A model generated the notes under the pieces. The model was given only the letters and a program-made list of their open reading frames with translations. It made no database searches and was not told the origin of the DNA. Both the position numbers and the translations under genes were made by a program. A DNA stretch of 64,000 nucleotides from Amoebidium appalachense (lineage: Eukaryota; Protista; Ichthyosporea): assembly GCA_963693365.1 (NCBI GenBank), contig CAVNZM010000003.1:12925252-12989251 (forward strand). The letters are read 5' to 3'. Positions 1 through 15,700 of this stretch are shown here, in pieces (the stretch's first letter is position 1; each line of letters starts with the position of its first letter).

Positions 1-2073
<2,073 letters not shown>

Positions 2074-2450
2074 TTTGTATGGAGGGGTGGAGTGTGTGAC
2101 AGGTGACTGAGGGAAAGAAGATAGGGAGTGGTTGTGAGAGTGCGAAACTGTTTTTACAGAACCAGCTTTTATAGGACAAACATGGTCTCATTAGATGTGG
2201 GCTATCGAAAAGCTCTTGTTTGTGAATTTTGTAAGCGCCGACTTATTTTCTGCAAAATTTCATGTTTTTGGGGTTTTTGTGTTGTTGGACCCCGAATCAA
2301 TCGATCTTACAGGTTTATGGGGACTTTGGTATTTAAATCAATCTCGGCATCTCGGCTGCTTACGTACATCGGGCCATTACATTCAAAAAGGGGCCCTGTT
2401 CAGAGGTTTTGATGATTTATTTTATATTATGGAATCAATGGATATTTGAC

Positions 2451-2726
2451 ATGGCGAGACGTAAGTCTGTCATTTCCACCAAAAAACAACGTCTTAGCAA
2501 GCCGCTAGCAGATGTTGTAGGCAGTAGCATGCTCCCAAGGACACAGGTAGTCAAAAAAATATGGCAGTACATCAAGGTCCGGGATAGAAGGGCATCTGCA
2601 GGCAAGAGGATACAAGATGGTACCATGATTCATTGCGAGAGAGATGACCGTCTTTCTGCAGTGTTTGGCAAAAAAACAATTCATATGTTGGAAATGGGGC
2701 GCCTTTTGAACAAACACATTAGCTAA
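2451..2726 (+). CDS. Stand-alone SWIB/MDM2-domain protein
   Basis: LSKPLADVVGSSMLPRTQVVKKIWQYIK...IHCERDDRLSAVFGKKTIHMLEMGRLLNKH. Confidence 0.9.
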   Translation: MARRKSVISTKKQRLSKPLADVVGSSMLPRTQVVKKIWQYIKVRDRRASAGKRIQDGTMIHCERDDRLSAVFGKKTIHMLEMGRLLNKHIS

Positions 2727-3033
2727 AACGTGCAAGAGTGCAGTTCCAAATTGTCCATCCAATCAGTTTTTTTCTCGACAGCAGCCAATCAACATCTGCC
2801 ATTGTGACATTTATCTGCTATTTCGAAATACAGCAAAATCAATAAAATTGCCAATCAGAATAGAGAATAGTTATGGATAGATCTTGTCGGACTTTGTACC
2901 AATAAATTCGATCGAAAGCTGATACAATGCATACCAGTGCTTGTATAAAAAGCCATCTCACAGCCGGAATGTCGTCACTTTCACAGCAGCTGAAAGCGGT
3001 CGAGTGCAATATTAGTGTCCAGTCAGTTTGAAA

Positions 3034-4020
3034 ATGCACTGTAACTACCAGCTTGTTGGCGAGACTGTAGTGCAGGGGATATTACGCTCTACCCCTTCCT
3101 ACAACAACCGCAAGTCCGCCGTGGAGTTCATGTATGCCGTGGCCACTACTTGGGAGCAGCTGGAGCTGCCTGTGAAGCCGTTTGCATTGGAAGCCCACCA
3201 GCGTGCCGTGGCTATACTGGACATGTTCATGGCCAAGAAGCCATCCGTCACATATGAAGAAGACCATTTGTTTGCTCATGCCCTGGCTGCACTCTTTTTG
3301 GCAACAAAGGTGGCCACCTGGGACGACCACCCTGGCATCCGTGTGTTCATGCGCGCAGCCAGTCATCATGGGGTTCCCGTGACCCCTCACGGCCTGACGG
3401 TGTCGGAGTTGGCAATTGTCCATTCCCTGCACTGGCGGCTTTTCTATACCATACCCATGGAGCTGCTTGTGCTGGCTGAAAACAGCGAGTGTGCCACCCC
3501 TGACAAGTGGGTGACCACACCCCGTGTCACTGACATGGCCCGCATCGTGTCTCTCTTTGCGAGCCACAACAGCTACCGACTTGCACTGGCCTCCGATGTG
3601 GCCTGGGCAGCACGTTTTCTGTACGAGTGGTGCAACACATCGGGCGGGGGTGTGCGCAAACTCCTTGATGCCGACAGCAGCCTGGTCATCGAGGGGGCCT
3701 TGCAAGCCGCCACTGCAACCATCCGCTGCATTGAGGATGTTGACCTTCGCACACGCATGAGCCGTTGCACCCTGGTTTCAGAGATGCTCCACCATGTCTG
3801 GGCCAATCGCATGTTGGCCAGAGAGTTTGGGGTGCCCCCCCTTTCCCAGGAGACCACGGTCATCTATGAGAGTGGTTATGAAGAGGAGGATCTGCCCAAA
3901 ACGTCAACCGAGGGCAGTCAGGACCACAAAAGCCCTGCATCGCCGCGGCCCAAGCGCATGCGTTTTGAGGAGGGAAGTGTGGAGCCACGTGACCTTGTCT
4001 GCCACGAAACCTATGTGTAG
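3034..4020 (+). CDS. Cyclin-like protein
   Basis: Cyclin box: RKSAVEFMYAV...AVAILDMFM...LAALFLATKV...ELAIVHSLHWRL. C-terminal SPRPKR (CDK site/NLS-like). TATAAAAA at 2944. Confidence 0.8.
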   Translation: MHCNYQLVGETVVQGILRSTPSYNNRKSAVEFMYAVATTWEQLELPVKPFALEAHQRAVAILDMFMAKKPSVTYEEDHLFAHALAALFLATKVATWDDHPGIRVFMRAASHHGVPVTPHGLTVSELAIVHSLHWRLFYTIPMELLVLAENSECATPDKWVTTPRVTDMARIVSLFASHNSYRLALASDVAWAARFLYEWCNTSGGGVRKLLDADSSLVIEGALQAATATIRCIEDVDLRTRMSRCTLVSEMLHHVWANRMLAREFGVPPLSQETTVIYESGYEEEDLPKTSTEGSQDHKSPASPRPKRMRFEEGSVEPRDLVCHETYV

Positions 4021-5248
4021 TGTCCGAATTCACATGTGGTGCGGTCCAGCTGTTGCCCCTTGCGGCCCACCACGGTCACTGTGAAGCCATATGGGCTTAG
4101 GTCTAGCACGCTAAGTTGTTTTCAGGGATGGTTTTGTCTGATACCACCGTTAGGTCCCAACCAGGACACTCGGAGCCTGTGTATGCTGGGGTGAGGGGTT
4201 GTGAGTTGTAGTCTTGCACAGGTGTTGTCATAGAGTATGGCCAAAAGATTGGTGAACTCACCACTTGGTGGATAGTGTAGTCAGATCCCTTGCATCTGAG
4301 CGCAGAAGTTTGGGAGCAATGGATGTCGCCGGTGAGGAAGACTACCTTGGGTATTTTATGTCTTAGGCATGTTGCTAGTATCGCATCTCTTTGTATGGGA
4401 AATCCTGACCACGAGTCTGGGCTGTCTGCAAATAAAGTGACTGAAGAAACGAGTGCCTTGATTCGGCCAGATCCGTCACTCAGCCAGGCCAGCACCGCCG
4501 CCAGTTGTGTTGCTGACATAATGCGTTTTGATGTTCCTGTGAGTTGTCGTTCGGTGCGTAGGTCCATCACAAAAAAGTCTGTGCATCCGTGCGTGTACGT
4601 GTACCAAAAGTGAGAAGGTGTGTCGCACAGGCTGCCGTCGGTGCCAATGGGAATGAGTGGTGCATGGCTTGCCTGGTATGCCTGGTATGCAGTGAGAGCC
4701 GCGGGTAGTTTTGTCAGTGTGTCTGTGTGTGATGCTTTTTCTGGCCAGTTGTCTTCTATTTCGTGGTCATCCAAAACCATGAGTGTGGGCAAGGTTGCAA
4801 GCAGGTGTGCGGCATGAGGTGTGGTAAATGCTGTGCGATAAAGTGAAAAATACTGCTCTGTGGAGCATGCAGCACCAACACATGCAAGTGAGTCTGCATA
4901 CACCTGGTCTCCCGCAAAGATGGAAATACTGGATTGCATGTTTGCCATACTTAGAAAAGCCCTGTCACTCTGCGTGGCAAATACAGGGATTGTCTCTGTG
5001 TTGACGATGTACCGACAAGAGCCAAGGTTGACCCTGACCTCTTTGTGGGGGTCATCTGAGTGAGTGCGCACCCAGTGTTGAGGCAGGTTTGACCAGTCGA
5101 GACTTTCGCGTGTCTCTGTGTCCATATCATATTTGAGTACAGGAATCCACCCCATCTGGTACACGATCTGAGTGTCAACTGGGAGGTTTTGGAAGACAAC
5201 CACACCTGTGTTGTCATAGTCTGTGTGTGCCTTGGTTGCCCCTAGCAC

Positions 5249-5362
5249 TGTTGGAATACGTCACCATGTATGACAGCAAGAGCCTTGAAGTATGTATGTG
5301 TCCTAGCTTGTTTGTATTCGTGTCTGCTTTCCTCCTTTGTGCTCTCTCTCTCTCCCTCTCTC

Positions 5363-5432
<70 letters not shown>

Positions 5433-6180
5433 CCCCCCCCCCCCCCCCCCCCGTATCTCTCTTCCCTTGTTTCTGTGGGCACAGATATCTGTAGATCTGT
5501 GCACACCTGGCTCTCTTGCCTGATAAGAACTTATTGTGTTTTATTTCTATTTGCTCTCCTCTGTTTATCTGAGAGGTAGCGTGATTGGCTAGCCTCACTC
5601 GTTGTCTTTCCTTTATTTCAAAATGGCCTAGTTTGTTCTCAAAAGGATGGCTCGCCAATAGTCGCGAGCGAGTACATCTGTAGATTGTGTTGTGCATTCC
5701 TGTCTGTTAATATATGTGTGTTGTGATTGGACAATAGATATATATGGAATTCGGTTTATTGCAAAGTGTCTTCACTTTGAGAGTGTCGACTGTTAGGAAA
5801 TATATGTATTTAAATAAGTTTCTTTATAGAGACGAACATAAATATATATGTGAGTTAATAGTGACTAGATGTATAATTACTTAATTTATTTAAGTAAGAG
5901 TTTCTACACTTTAGTTTAATCGGAAGTTGGAATGCGTATGCTCTGTCGGAATGTGTTTTTCTATCTTCTGATAGAACCGATTGGTTCTCCCTCTTTAGTT
6001 GTGATAAGGTGATAAGTCGCAAGTACAAAAGGAACCGAGAGCACAATAAAGATTCAGTTGTTGTTTGAAATCTTTCAATGTCTCGTGAACAACTCCGATT
6101 GCCCTCTCATTAATGTGTTAGTCGTGTTTTTACATGACACCTCTGTGCACTCTGCTCCCTTAGACCCGTACAAAACAACA
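5249..6180 (+). repeat. 5' LTR of copia element 1, containing (CT)n and poly-C
   Basis: Near-identical to 11441-12379. Confidence 0.95.
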
Positions 6181-6299
6181 GGTTAAAGGCCCATTTTCGC
6201 ACGCTCTCGCAAACACATACTCTCGCTGCAATCAAAAATATTCAAATTTGAATACCGATCTGATTCCTCTCTCACGCATCATCTGACTGATTGATCACC

Positions 6300-9200
6300 A
6301 TGTCGGAGAAACCTGCGTATCTCAACCTCACCCCCTGGAAAGGGGATGACACCACGGACAAGAAGTCCGGCAAACGTCTCACCTATTATGAGTGGGAACC
6401 CGTCATCTTCCGGTACCTACGTACCACCACCGCGGCCAAGTTAGTGCCCGTCATCAAGGCCCCCGAGTGGGTCGACCCTTCCGACGAGAATGAGTGGCAC
6501 GGCTACGACACTGAGGAGGCCTACACCGAGGCTTCCAACCTCCTTGAACAGATGTTTACTCAACTCGTCTCCAATGATGAGCTGTATAACTCTGGTCAAA
6601 TCCACGATGATGTGTCACCTGCCCAAGCTTTCCACAACCTCCGTATGACCTATGCGGCTGAACGTGAAGATCGTGCTCGTCAAATCCTCCTCGACTACCA
6701 TGAGCTTGAACTCAAAGACTTCAAGACCGTCACGGCCTACCTCACCATGGCACGCCGTCTGTGCACTACCCTGCACATCCTCGAAGAGCCCATTCCTCAC
6801 AAGACTATGGTTGATAACTTCTTCATCCACCTCAAGAAGAACCGTAAGTTAGTTTGTACCGACATCCAGGCCATGATTGCCGACTACTTCCGTCGTACCA
6901 TTAACTACGAGACCTACAACCGTCTAATCAGTGACATCAGAGCTGCAGAGATCCGTGAAGGTCTCATCGACTCTGGGTCCGGGTCCTCCTCCACCGTCCG
7001 AACAGCACGTGCCCTGCAAAGCCGTGTACTCACCAAGGACGACCTCAGACACCGGATCCCCCGACGTGACAGCTCCGTCTCCCGTCACCCCCGCGGTCGT
7101 CCCACCGATCGATCCCCCTCAGTTGACCGTGATTACTCACGGTCCCGTTCCCCCGGCTATCGTTCCCGGTCACCCTACCCCCCACGTAAAGGGGGTAACC
7201 GTCATTCCCAGCCACCCCGAGCCAAGACCACTGGCTCCCTCGACTGTGCCTACTGTCACGAAGACCATCATGTCACACAGTGTGACAAACCTGGCTGCTC
7301 AATTGCCCGTCGTCACCGTGCCAACACCAAGTCTGGAAAAGAGGTGCATTTTGCCCTCGTGTCCACCACGGCCTCCCTACCCATGGACCCCTGCTGGGAC
7401 TCGGCTTCAAACGTCCACGTGTGCCCAGTAAAAGAGTACTTCTCTACTCTTGAGCCATGCCCCCCGACTGACGTCCACGGCCTCGGCATCGTCACTGCAC
7501 ATCACCGTGGTGTCATCAACCTGGCCGTCACCTACAACGGAGTAACATCAGTACTGAGCCTCAACACCCTCTATGTACCTGACTCCCCAGCCTTCCTGAT
7601 ATCACCCTCAATGGCCTCCAAGTCGGGTCTCCTTGCCCACCTCGATGATGAGGATGCATTCCCATCATACCTCTACACTCGTGGTGGCAACATCGTGTGT
7701 TCCCTCACAGGCACAGATGGACTGTACTTCATCACTGACTATGAGATACGTCCCTCCATCCCTCGGACCGTCACTGCTCTGATAGCCAACGTCAAGGTCA
7801 ACAATGATCCTCAGCTCTGGCACCACCGTCTCGGCCATCGTGCCCTGTCCACCCTCACCAAGATGGTGAGAGGTGACCTCGTGACAGGCCTCCCCTCATC
7901 CCTCTCAGTGGCTGACACCACTGACTGCTTCGGTTGTGTCTCCGGCAAGACCACCAAGGCCCCATTCTCCGGCACCAGAACCCAGTGCCCCTTCCCCGGT
8001 GCCAAGTGGCACATGGACTTCTTCGAGCCTCCCTGTGCCTCCTATGGTGGCTACAAGGTGGCCCTCGTGTGTACCTGTGATGCCTCCGGCTACACCATCG
8101 TGTACCTCCTCCGTGATCGATCCGAAACTCTCGAATACGTCAAGGCCCTGGTTGAGACTACTGACAAGCAACCCGACAAGGTGGTGACCCACTTCCGTTC
8201 AGACTCTGGGTCCGAGTTCACCTCCCACGCTATGGAGCAGTACTGCCAGTCCAAGGGCATCATTCAAGAATTTGCCCCGGTTGACTGCCCCCAACTCAAC
8301 GGCTTCGTTGAACGTAAGATGAGGGATCTGCAGGAGATCGTTCGGTGCTTCCTTCATCAGGACAAGGCCGACTCCCTTTCCCCCAAACTGTGGGGAGCTG
8401 CTCTCAAGCATGCTGCCTACATCATCAACGTGACCCCGGCCAGAGCTGCCAATGGCCGTACACCGTTTGAAATTTTCTACGGTGTCAAGCCTGACATCTC
8501 CCACCTGCACGTGTTCGGCTGCCCAGCCTATGTACACGTCCCTGCATCCAAACGAGACAAGTTGGCCTCTACCGTCAAACTCGGCACCTACGTGGGCTGG
8601 GATATCACCAACAAAGCCCACAAGATCATGAATCTACGTGGCAACACGGTCAACCTCTACCGCGATGTCGTCTTCGACGAATCACAATTCACCACGGCAT
8701 CCAATCAGATTTCTGTGCAGGCCACCAATCAGACGACCTCAATCGATTCATCCCTGCATTCCGGAAATTCCAATTCCGATGACGATGAAATTCCGTCGGT
8801 GATTATCCGTCGTTCCCCCCGTCGTGTACCTGCCCCCGTGGCTCCACCCACCCCCCCCCCCCACCGGTCAGCAACCCCTGCTGCCGGCCCCTGCCGTCAA
8901 TGACCACGTACCTGGTCATCTCACCCCGGTTCGTCCTGGGTCTCCGGAGTTCCACTCGGCCCCGTCCAGCCCCGTGTTATCCGACTCCCCCCTCAACACG
9001 GCACCCATCCCTGGCTTCCAGGCCCCCATCCCCGACCACCGAGTGTCTGTCACAGACAACCCCCCGGCCCCTGAGCCCCTCCGTACCGTTCCCCGTCGTT
9101 CCTCCCGTCTCTCCTCCCGGCCTGCTATGGCTATGGTGAGCATCTCCCGACCCAGCCTTGATGTGTCTCAGCTGCCCCGGTCAATTCAGAAGCTGTGCTC

Positions 9201-10722
9201 TGGCACCAAGGGTGATGAAGTGGTGACTGCCCTCACTGCCGAGTACAAGGCTTTCATCGACAAGGACATCTTCGACGTAGTTGAGCCCCCCTCCGATGCC
9301 AACATCATCCGATTCAAGTGGATTGTCACGGAGAAGGTCCTCAACTCTGCTGGTGACACCAAGATCAAGGGTCGTGGTGTGGCCAAGGGTTTCACCCAAG
9401 TCTACGGTGTTGACTACGGTGAAAACTCTTCCCCCGTCGTCATGTCCTCCTCCGTCCGTGCCCTGCTTGCCCTCGGTGTGCAACAGGACCACGAGATCCA
9501 TCAACTCGACATCAGCACGGCCTTCCTCAACAGCCCCCTCGACGAGACTTTGTACATGGAGCAACCTCCTGGTTTTATCCTCCCTGGCAATGAACACAAA
9601 GTCTGGAAACTCAAGAAGGCCATCTACGGACTCAAGCAGGCATCCCTGGCATGGTACGAGTTCTTCAACTCCATTCTCATTGCCCACGGCCTCACCCGTC
9701 TCCGTTCCGATCCGTGTGTCTACTTCCGTCAGTTCCCCAACGGGCACATCATCCGTTCGGGCAACTACGTTGATGATGCCATCATCACCTGCACACGGAA
9801 CTCCACCATCATGCAGGGGCTTGTTCGTCACATCACGAAGTCTGCCGAGTGCAAGGTCGGTCTGCCAGACATCTTCCTCGGCACCCAACTGCTGTACACC
9901 CGTGACTCCCTCAAGCTGCTGCAGTCCTCCTACATCAAGGACATCATCACCGACTTCAACCTGGTCGATGCCAAGCCTAAGGCCACCCCTATTCCCGTGG
10001 GCACCATCATCAACGAGACCTCCCACTCATCCCTGCCCACCACCGTCCCCTACCGTGAACTCCTCGGCCGTCTGCTGTGGGTTGCTCGGTGCTCCCGGCC
10101 TGACATCTCGTATGCCATTGGCTACCTCGGCCGATTCAGCTCCAAGCCCACCAAGACTGCCTGGGAGCTTCTCCTCCGTGTCGTTCGTTACCTGCTCGGC
10201 ACCATCAACCTCGGCCTCTACTACAAGAAGAAGGCCCCCAACAGCAAGGTGCCCATCCTTGAGTGCTACTCGGATTCTGACTTTGCTGGTTGCCCCACCA
10301 CCCGTCGTTCCACGTCTGGGTACGTCATCCTCCTCGAAGGCTCCCCCGTCACCTACCACTCCAAGCTGCAGACGATCACTGCAACCTCCACGTGTGAGGC
10401 CGAGCTCCTGGCCCTCAATGCTGCCGTGCAAGATGTTGTCTGGCACCGTGATCTACTAAAGGAGCTGGGCTACCCCATGACCGAGCCCACCCCCGTGTAC
10501 TGTGACAATCAGTCCACCATTGCTCTGGTCCACTCCAACACCATCAAGCACCGGACCAAGCACATTGCCATTCGTTACTTCAACACAAAGGACTACATCA
10601 ACAGTGGGGACGTCACTGTCACCTACATCGACACCAAGAAGAACCTGGCCGACATCTTCACCAAGCCTCTGGCTGGTACGGCCCACGACACACACCGTGC
10701 CAACCTCAGTCTCCGTGACTGA
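6300..10722 (+). CDS. Copia Gag-Pol (Zn knuckle, protease, integrase, RT, RNase H) with one frameshift in a poly-C run near 8850
   Basis: CAYCHEDHHVTQC; WDSASNVH; LWHHRLGH...CFGC; HMDF / RSDSGSEF / NGFVERK; YVDD; YSDSDFAG..RRSTSG; PR-IN-RT-RH order. Confidence 0.95.
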
Positions 10723-11440
10723 CCCGTGCACTGGTGTTCATCATCGAGTGGTTTCTGAGTAGGTTGGGGCCCTGGACAGCAGTTGACACACCTACGGTGA
10801 TCAAGATGCCTCCCAACGAAAGTCTACTACTCCTCATCGTTTCTCTTCATCAGTGGGGACTCAGTCTTCCATCGTCATATGTGTGCATCTTCAGTGGGGA
10901 TTATTCTCCACCATCCGTCGTTTATTTATATTCATATCCCACCATATATATTGGTTTTCTTCTATATTCGACTTATATATATGTCGAACTGGGATGGCGT
11001 CCCAGTATAAATAATTATCTATAGCCATGACGTGCTGGTTGACTGCCAGTCTAAACCTAGTCCACGGGATGCACCTTCCCCGTGTCTTAACTGGTTGACC
11101 ACCAGTCTATAAATCAGTCCACAAGATGTTCATGTCTTGTGTTTACCTGGGTGGTCCCCAGTATAAACCATTAGCCACCAACACGTCACACATACACTAG
11201 TGTTTCCTATCTATATATATATATCGCCGATAACCACCATGATTTCTTATTTCGAGTCTTCAGAGGCAACCGTCGTTGTGTGCCTCTTCAGTTTTGATTC
11301 TCTCCTTCCCACCTCAAGGATCTTCGGTTTGCATCCTCGAGTGGGGAAACTTGAGTGTGACGGCCCCTCCTGTGTTTGGACCCCATCTACCGTCACATCA
11401 ACAGACACGAGAACACAAACTTCAACCCCTTGAGTGGGGA

Positions 11441-11554
11441 TGTTGGAATACGTCACCATGTATGACAGCAAGAGCCTTGAAGTATGTATGTGTCCTAGCT
11501 TGTTTGTATTCGTGTCTGCTTTCCTCCTTTGTGCTCTCTCTCTCTCCCTCTCTC

Positions 11555-11626
<72 letters not shown>

Positions 11627-12379
11627 CCCCCCCCCCCCCCCCCCCCCCCCGTATCTCTCTCTCCCTTGTTTCTGTGGGCACAGATATCTGTAGATCTGTG
11701 CACACCTGGCTCTCTTGCCTGATAAGAACTTATTGTGTTTTATTTCTATTTGCTCTCCTCTGTTTATCTGAGAGGTAGCGTGATTGGCTAGCCTCACTCG
11801 TTGTCTTTCCTTTATTTCAAAATGGCCTAGTTTGTTCTCAAAAGGATGGCTCGCCAATAGTCGCGAGCGAGTACATCTGTAGATTGTGTTGTGCATTCCT
11901 GTCTGTTAATATATGTGTGTTGTGATTGGACAATAGATATATATGGAATTCGGTTTATTGCAAAGTGCCTTCACTTTGAGAGTGTCGACTGTTAGGAAAT
12001 ATATGTATTAAAATAAGTTTCTTTATAGAGACGAACATAAATATATATGTGAGTTAATAGTGACTAGATGTATAATTACTTAATTTATTTAAGTAAGAGT
12101 TTCTACACTTTAGTTTAATCGGAAGTTGGAATGCGTATGCTCTGTCGGAATGTGTTTTTCTATCTTCTGATAGAACCGATTGGTTCTCCCTCTTTAGTTG
12201 TGATAAGGTGATAAGTCGCAAGTACAAAAGGAACCGAGAGCACAATAAAGATTCAGTTGTTGTTTGAAATCTTTCAATGTCTCGTGAACAACTCCAATTG
12301 CCCTCTCATTAATGTGTTAGTCGTGTTTTTACATGACACCTCTGTGCACTCTGCTCCCTTAGACCCGTACAAAACAACA
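11441..12379 (+). repeat. 3' LTR of copia element 1
   Basis: Direct repeat of 5249-6180; about 3 substitutions seen plus microsatellite length differences. Confidence 0.95.
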
Positions 12380-12722
12380 AGCACCCACTTGTTTGTGTTG
12401 TCCCATGTGTCCGTGAATTCATCTATCACCTGGTACCGTGCAACAAGGGTAGCAAGACCAGCGGTGGGGGGGCATGCACGGCCCATCAGGCGCATTGTGC
12501 TCTTGGCCTCTCCAACTATGGGACCAACTGTGGGTGGGAGTACTTTCATTGTTGCTGTCTAAGGCTAAATAAAAGCTCAGATGTCATGCGTTTAAGTGTA
12601 AAACAACGTGGTTGCATGGCCTCACGTGTGTCAGTAACTTTATTTGCCCCCCCCCCCCCCCCCCCCCCCCCCCGGGCTTTATTTATGTGCATTTCCACCC
12701 ATTCCATTTTGAAGGCCATCTT

Positions 12723-15700
12723 TTACCAAAGGGTCTGGCCCCAGGCCACATCGTAACCAGAGTATTTGTAGCCACTTACAGCTGTTCTGGGCATGTCGGA
12801 TGTGGCGACAGCTGTGCCATAGTGGGGGCATACAGTGTGTATCCACAGATGAAAAGCAGCTCCCAATGGTATACTGGCGTTGCGGCGCAAAGAGAGAGAC
12901 CAGTTGTTTGGCCACGCGCCCTCAAGACGGGCGTTGATGTATGGACCCACTGATGTATATATGGACATGGTGCCTGTGCCGTTCAACCCAGAGAAAGTCA
13001 TAGAGGGTCCCCATATATCTCCGTGAAATGTGTGTATTGCATTTATGTTGTTTCCAAATTCACCTATACCAAACCCCCAGGCCATGACCGTGATTCTAAT
13101 GAATGCCTCCCCGCTGAAGAGACCATTGTCAAGGCCCTCGGCAAAACTGGCATTCCATTGTGTGGTACCCCATGATGGTCCCATGCCGAATTTTTGGCAC
13201 CCTAAAAACCTGACCAGGCTGACTCGAGGGCCAAGCACAGCAGTGTTGATTGTGTTTGTGAGTGCTTGTACTTTTGCGTCCACATAGACCTTGTCTGGAA
13301 GCAAGTCAACGGTGGATTTAAGTGCACTGACATTGACTGTACCCAGATTGTTGGTAGCAAGCTGTGAATTTATGCTGGTAACAGCAGGGCCTATCTGTGT
13401 TTTGCCACTGGCGGGCCCCGTTGTTGGTGCGGCATAGCTGCCCACCAGCAAATTGTTGGTCTTCAGTGCCAGCTGTGTGTCCACATATGTCTTGTCAGCC
13501 TTTGCAGTGGTGTTGCTGTTAACCTGTGTGTTGATGGATGTGATGGCAGCAGCAATTGTTGTGCTACCGGCTGCAGGGCCAGTGGTAGGCGCCGTATACG
13601 TGCCTGTGTTGGATTTGTCCGATTTCAAACCAAGTTGTGTGTCCACATATGCCTTGTCTGCTTTCGTTGTTGTGTTAGTATAAACTTGTGTGTTGATTGC
13701 ATTGACTGCAGTGGCCATGTCCGTCTTGCCTGTGGCGGGGCCGGTGGTAGGTATGACGTATGTGCCTGTGTTGGTTATGTCTGATTTCAAACCAAGTTGT
13801 GTGTCCACATACGTCTGGTCTGCCTTCCTTGTGGTGTTGGTGTTGACTTGTGCATTAATTGCAGTGACTGCGGCAGCCATGTCTGTCTTGCCCGTGGCGG
13901 GGCCAATGGTGGGTGCAGTATATGTGCCTGTGTTGGATCTGTCTGATTTCAAATCGAGTTGTGTGTCCACGTATGTCTTGTTTGCTTTCACGTTTGTGTT
14001 GGTGTTGACTTGTGCGTTAATTGCAGTGACTGCGGCAGCCATGTCGGTCTTCCCCATGGCAGGGCCAGAAGGTGGGGCTGTGTACGTGCCGGTGTTGCTT
14101 ATGTCTGCTTTTGTGGCCATCTGTGTGTCTACATACACCTTATCTGTCTTGTCGCGCATGTTGGCACCAACCTGTGCATTGATGATCATTACTGCATCCC
14201 CGATTGTGGCCATGCCCTCTGCAGGACCCGTGCCAACGGTGGGTGTGCTATACGTGCCAATCTTGCTGTTTATATGGTCAATGGCAGCTGCGATAGTGGA
14301 GGCACTTGCAGTGGCTCCCATAACTGGTGGTGTGTATACGCCAATCACATTTTCCAGTGCATGTATGCTTCTGTCCAGGTTGGCCACTGCTCCGTCGGTG
14401 GTGGCAACAGCCCCAGCCAATTGAGTGATATTGCTCTGTAATAGCTCCACAGACGTTTTTGATGCCTTCTCCGTGAGCTGTGTAGTAGTCGCTGCCAAAT
14501 CTGCCTTTAAAGCCAGCTGCTCTCGAGTCTGATCCAGGTCTGTGGTGTCTGCCTTTGTAGAAACAGTTCTCTCAAGTGCAGCTAGCGACGTCAAATCGGC
14601 CTTTTGGAGGAGCCAATTTGTTACAGTCTTAGTGTCTGGTAACAACTCCACCCTGGCCTCAAGAACTGCCAGCTCGGTTCTGTCAGCCTTTGCTGTGACG
14701 TCTGTCTTCAACTTTTCCACTGTTTCGATGTTGGCTTTGGTCTTCAATTGCACCCCCATACTAGCCTCCACATTGGCTATGTCTGCCTTTAGATTCTGGG
14801 TCCTAATGTCCATCATTGTTGATAACTCTTGCAGTGCAGCCTGTTGTGCCTTTTCCTCCAATGCCGCCCTTACCAAGTTCAGTGCCCGCTCTGCTAACTC
14901 TATCCTGTCCAACAGGCGCACTTTCACGTCCTCCAATGCCAATTGCTCTGCCTTGCCTGTCAGTACAATTCGCATGTTTGCAATGTCATCCGTCACGCCA
15001 TCGACGGAGGCCTCCAGCCCATCAAACCTCAGCTGTATCTGTTGGTCCTGTTGTTGCCAGTCTTCTAGCCATTGTGCATCTAGCTTTCCTTCTGACAGGG
15101 CCTCTACTAGCGCCAGGTCCGCCTTCTGGGCAACCAGTGTGTCGAGGTTGTCCGTCCTTTCTTCTAAAGTCCACACCTGGCCCTTGCTAGCCTGAGCCTT
15201 GTTCTCCAAGGCTTTTGCCAACAACCCAGTCTTCTCTTCCAGTATTGTCAGAGACCCTTCGGTTGTTTCCAGTCTGTTCCCTATGGCTGCTGTTACCGCT
15301 GCGTCAGTTTTGTACAGTAACTGTCCCTCCAGCATTGCAACTTGTTCTGTGTTGGCCTTGTGTGCAAGCCCCTCCTGTAACTGTTCCTGAAGTGCATAGA
15401 CGGCAGCAGTACTGGCTTTGTGTGCCAACTCAGCTTTCAGCCCCTCTGCCAATCCCTCCATCCCCGCACCCACATCCTGCTGTGTAGCAAGGTCACCCAG
15501 TCTTGTGGAGACCTTGCCTGTGGTACCCACCCGCAAACACGTGCGCCCTGCTAGGTCTCGCAAGCACCACACTGCTGGTTGTATGTACAGTGGTCCAGTA
15601 TAGTCATCCTCAGGCACTGGTGACAGTTTGAGTATAGAGGTTTTGCGGTCCACACAATCCGCTGCATAAACCCCGTTGTTTGGTGCCACAAATGCACATC

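Larger units (their letters stand above)
5249..12379 (+). mobile_element. Ty1/copia LTR retrotransposon 1, full length
   Basis: TG...CA LTRs at 5249-6180 and 11441-12379; 5-bp TSD AGCAC (5244-5248, 12380-12384); PBS GGTTAAAGGCCC at 6181; PPT GAGTGGGGA at 11432-11440. Confidence 0.97.
4011..12549 (-). pseudogene. phoD: PhoD-family alkaline phosphatase split by copia element 1 (N-terminal part 12380-12549, remainder 4011-5248)
   Basis: TVGPIVG, GSC, GDQVYAD, DDHEIEDNW, DLRTER, LTGDIH motifs. Removing the LTR element and one AGCAC rejoins KWVL|GATKAH in frame. A probable 1-nt deletion near 4113 cuts off the NNFSVLDL...TVVGRKGQQL tail. Confidence 0.9.

Noticed and set aside
8824-8903. Programmed gag-pol frameshift in the copia elements
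   Set aside because: The breaks here and at about 19050 and 18660 fall in C/G homopolymers after the integrase or within RT, at non-equivalent positions. Sequencing or slippage indels are more likely, so these and the resolvase/Bro frameshifts may not be real lesions.
9181-10459. Long antisense/alternate-frame ORFs over copia pol (also over the fibre, D5 and Fanzor genes)
   Set aside because: Shadow ORFs caused by C-rich third-position codon bias; no recognisable motifs.
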